A DNA stretch of 63,307 bases, filler included, from Basidiobolus ranarum (taxonomy: Eukaryota): the NCBI GenBank assembly GCA_040143965.1. It is 10 parts of 10 records of this genome, joined end to end, with 100 filler letters (N's around TTAATTAATTAA, not from the genome) between each part and the next. Parts side by side here need not be neighbours in the genome. Positions count along the whole stretch, not along the records: positions 57,084 to 63,307 come from JASJQH010008248.1; 9 more parts are not named here. One strand, given 5' to 3'. The position numbers and the translations under genes are program-made. The notes under the pieces are model-generated. The model did no database searches. It was given only the letters and a program-made list of their open reading frames with translations, and was not told where the DNA came from. Each line of letters starts with the position of its first letter. Position 1 is the stretch's first letter. Positions 61,907-63,307 of the stretch are shown here, in pieces.

Positions 61907-63307
61907 TGATAAGAGTGTTTAGGGGATTTGGAAGTGTTTTGAACAAGATTTGGATTTGTGAATTAGATACAGAAGATTTATTGAATTGAATATGTCCTAT
62001 TTATAGTTTACTATAAAATAGGACTATTGGATGTGCTTAGATCATAACAAACATGCCTGTTAAGCATGAGTGAATATTTGATGTGATTTGGAGAAGTTTT
62101 GAAAAAATAGTGAAAATTGGTAGAAGTGATCTAATGGATATTTCTCTCAACTAGAGCAATGAACACATGTTTTTGAAAGACATAATTGAATGCTACACAA
62201 TCAGAATATGAATAAACTAACTACTAAATAACAAGCTGCTATTTACCTAATTTCAATGATCCTGCTCAACTCATCATTTTGTATTTCTCTTAAACCTAAC
62301 TTATATCTTAATATTTCAAATTGTGCTTTGGCTAAAGATTTGGTTAAGATATCAGCCATCATTTCTTCAGTAGGGCAATAGACAAGTTCAGTTATATCAT
62401 TCTCTAATGCTTCTCTAACAAAATGATGCCTAATATCTATATATTTTGTTCTATAATGAAATGTAGAGTTTTCAGCTAATGAAATACAACTTTGATTATC
62501 TTCAAATACAGTAATAGCACATTTTTGCGTGTATCCTAAGTATGTAAATAACTTTCTTGACCACATAGCTTCTTGTGTAGTTGCAGAGGCAGCCATATAA
62601 TCTGCTTCTGTAGTGGAAAGTGCTACAGTTGGTTGCTTCTTACTAATGCAAGTTATGGCTCCATAACCATAGAGAAAAGTGTATCCAGTTGTTGATCTTC
62701 CATCTTCAAGGTTTCTTCCCCAGTCTGCATCACTGTGGCCTGCAAAATATTGTGCATTAGGAGTGGCAGAGTATTCCAGAACTGGATCTACAATTCCTCT
62801 CAAATATCTGAATATTTGTTTTACTGCATTTTGTGCTCAGATCCTGGATTTTTGAAGTATTGGCTGACAGTTCCCACTGCCACAGCAATGTCTGGACATG
62901 TTCCAACCATTGTATATATTAAACTACCAACCATGGATTGATAAGGGAACTCCTGGCTTTGATTTGAATCATTTTGGGCCACATAAGACAAAATTTTAAT
63001 TAATTTCACATTGGGATCCATTAGTGTTGATACAGGGTTGCTATTCTCCATGTTAAAGCACTTTAGGAATTCTAGGATGTATCTAGTCTGATTCAGCATG
63101 ATTTTCAGAATGGGTTTATCTGGCTTGATTTGGATTCTAAGAAAATAACTTAATTCACCCATATCAGTCATCTGAAATTGGTTTGATAAGCTGCTTTTTG
63201 TCTGATTAAGTGCTTCTAGATCATTTGTGGCTATGATTAAGTCATCCACATATAGTGCCAAGATAAGGATCCTATTTCCGGTTGTTTTGATGTAAATACT
63301 GTGATCT
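61907..63307 (-). mobile_element. Copia RT C-terminus, RNase H and 3' LTR family B (61907-62258)
   Basis: LYVDDLIIA (RT YVDD), YQSMVGSLIY, HSDADWG...VALSTTEADY...EDNQSCI...MMADILTKSL; the best-preserved copy in the window. Confidence 0.93.

Overview
This is eukaryotic, fungal-type DNA, and it is not one locus. It is ten contigs of 6255, 6253, 6250, 6245, 6244, 6243, 6235, 6230, 6228 and 6224 bp, sorted by size and joined by artificial 100-bp linkers (44 N + TTAATTAATTAA + 44 N), so adjacency across linkers means nothing. Short GT-AG introns, CotH and CBM18 proteins suggest an early-diverging fungus (Zoopagomycota/Mucoromycota; inference). The CpG-retaining, gene-bearing contigs encode TFIIS, a universal stress protein, a cytochrome b5-acyl-CoA dehydrogenase fusion, a forkhead factor, an orphan protein, DPH1 (truncated), CotH (truncated), a CBM18 GPI protein, a small Cys-rich protein, a bacterial-like secreted protein and a truncated mucin-like protein. 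The rest is CpG-depleted, nested, decayed mobile DNA: Ty1/Copia remnants and solo LTRs, CACTA/En-Spm transposase remnants, and an unknown ~540-codon ORF element. The two most notable observations are (1) a 282-bp LTR-like mobile unit with 5-bp TSDs that carries a tRNA-like cassette, seen as two independent insertions, and (2) scrambled fragments of a compact, apparently fused beta/beta' RNA polymerase of linear-plasmid or virus type. A bacterial-like secreted protein gene frameshifted by a 22-bp insertion and a decayed AT-hook repeat array are also worth checking.
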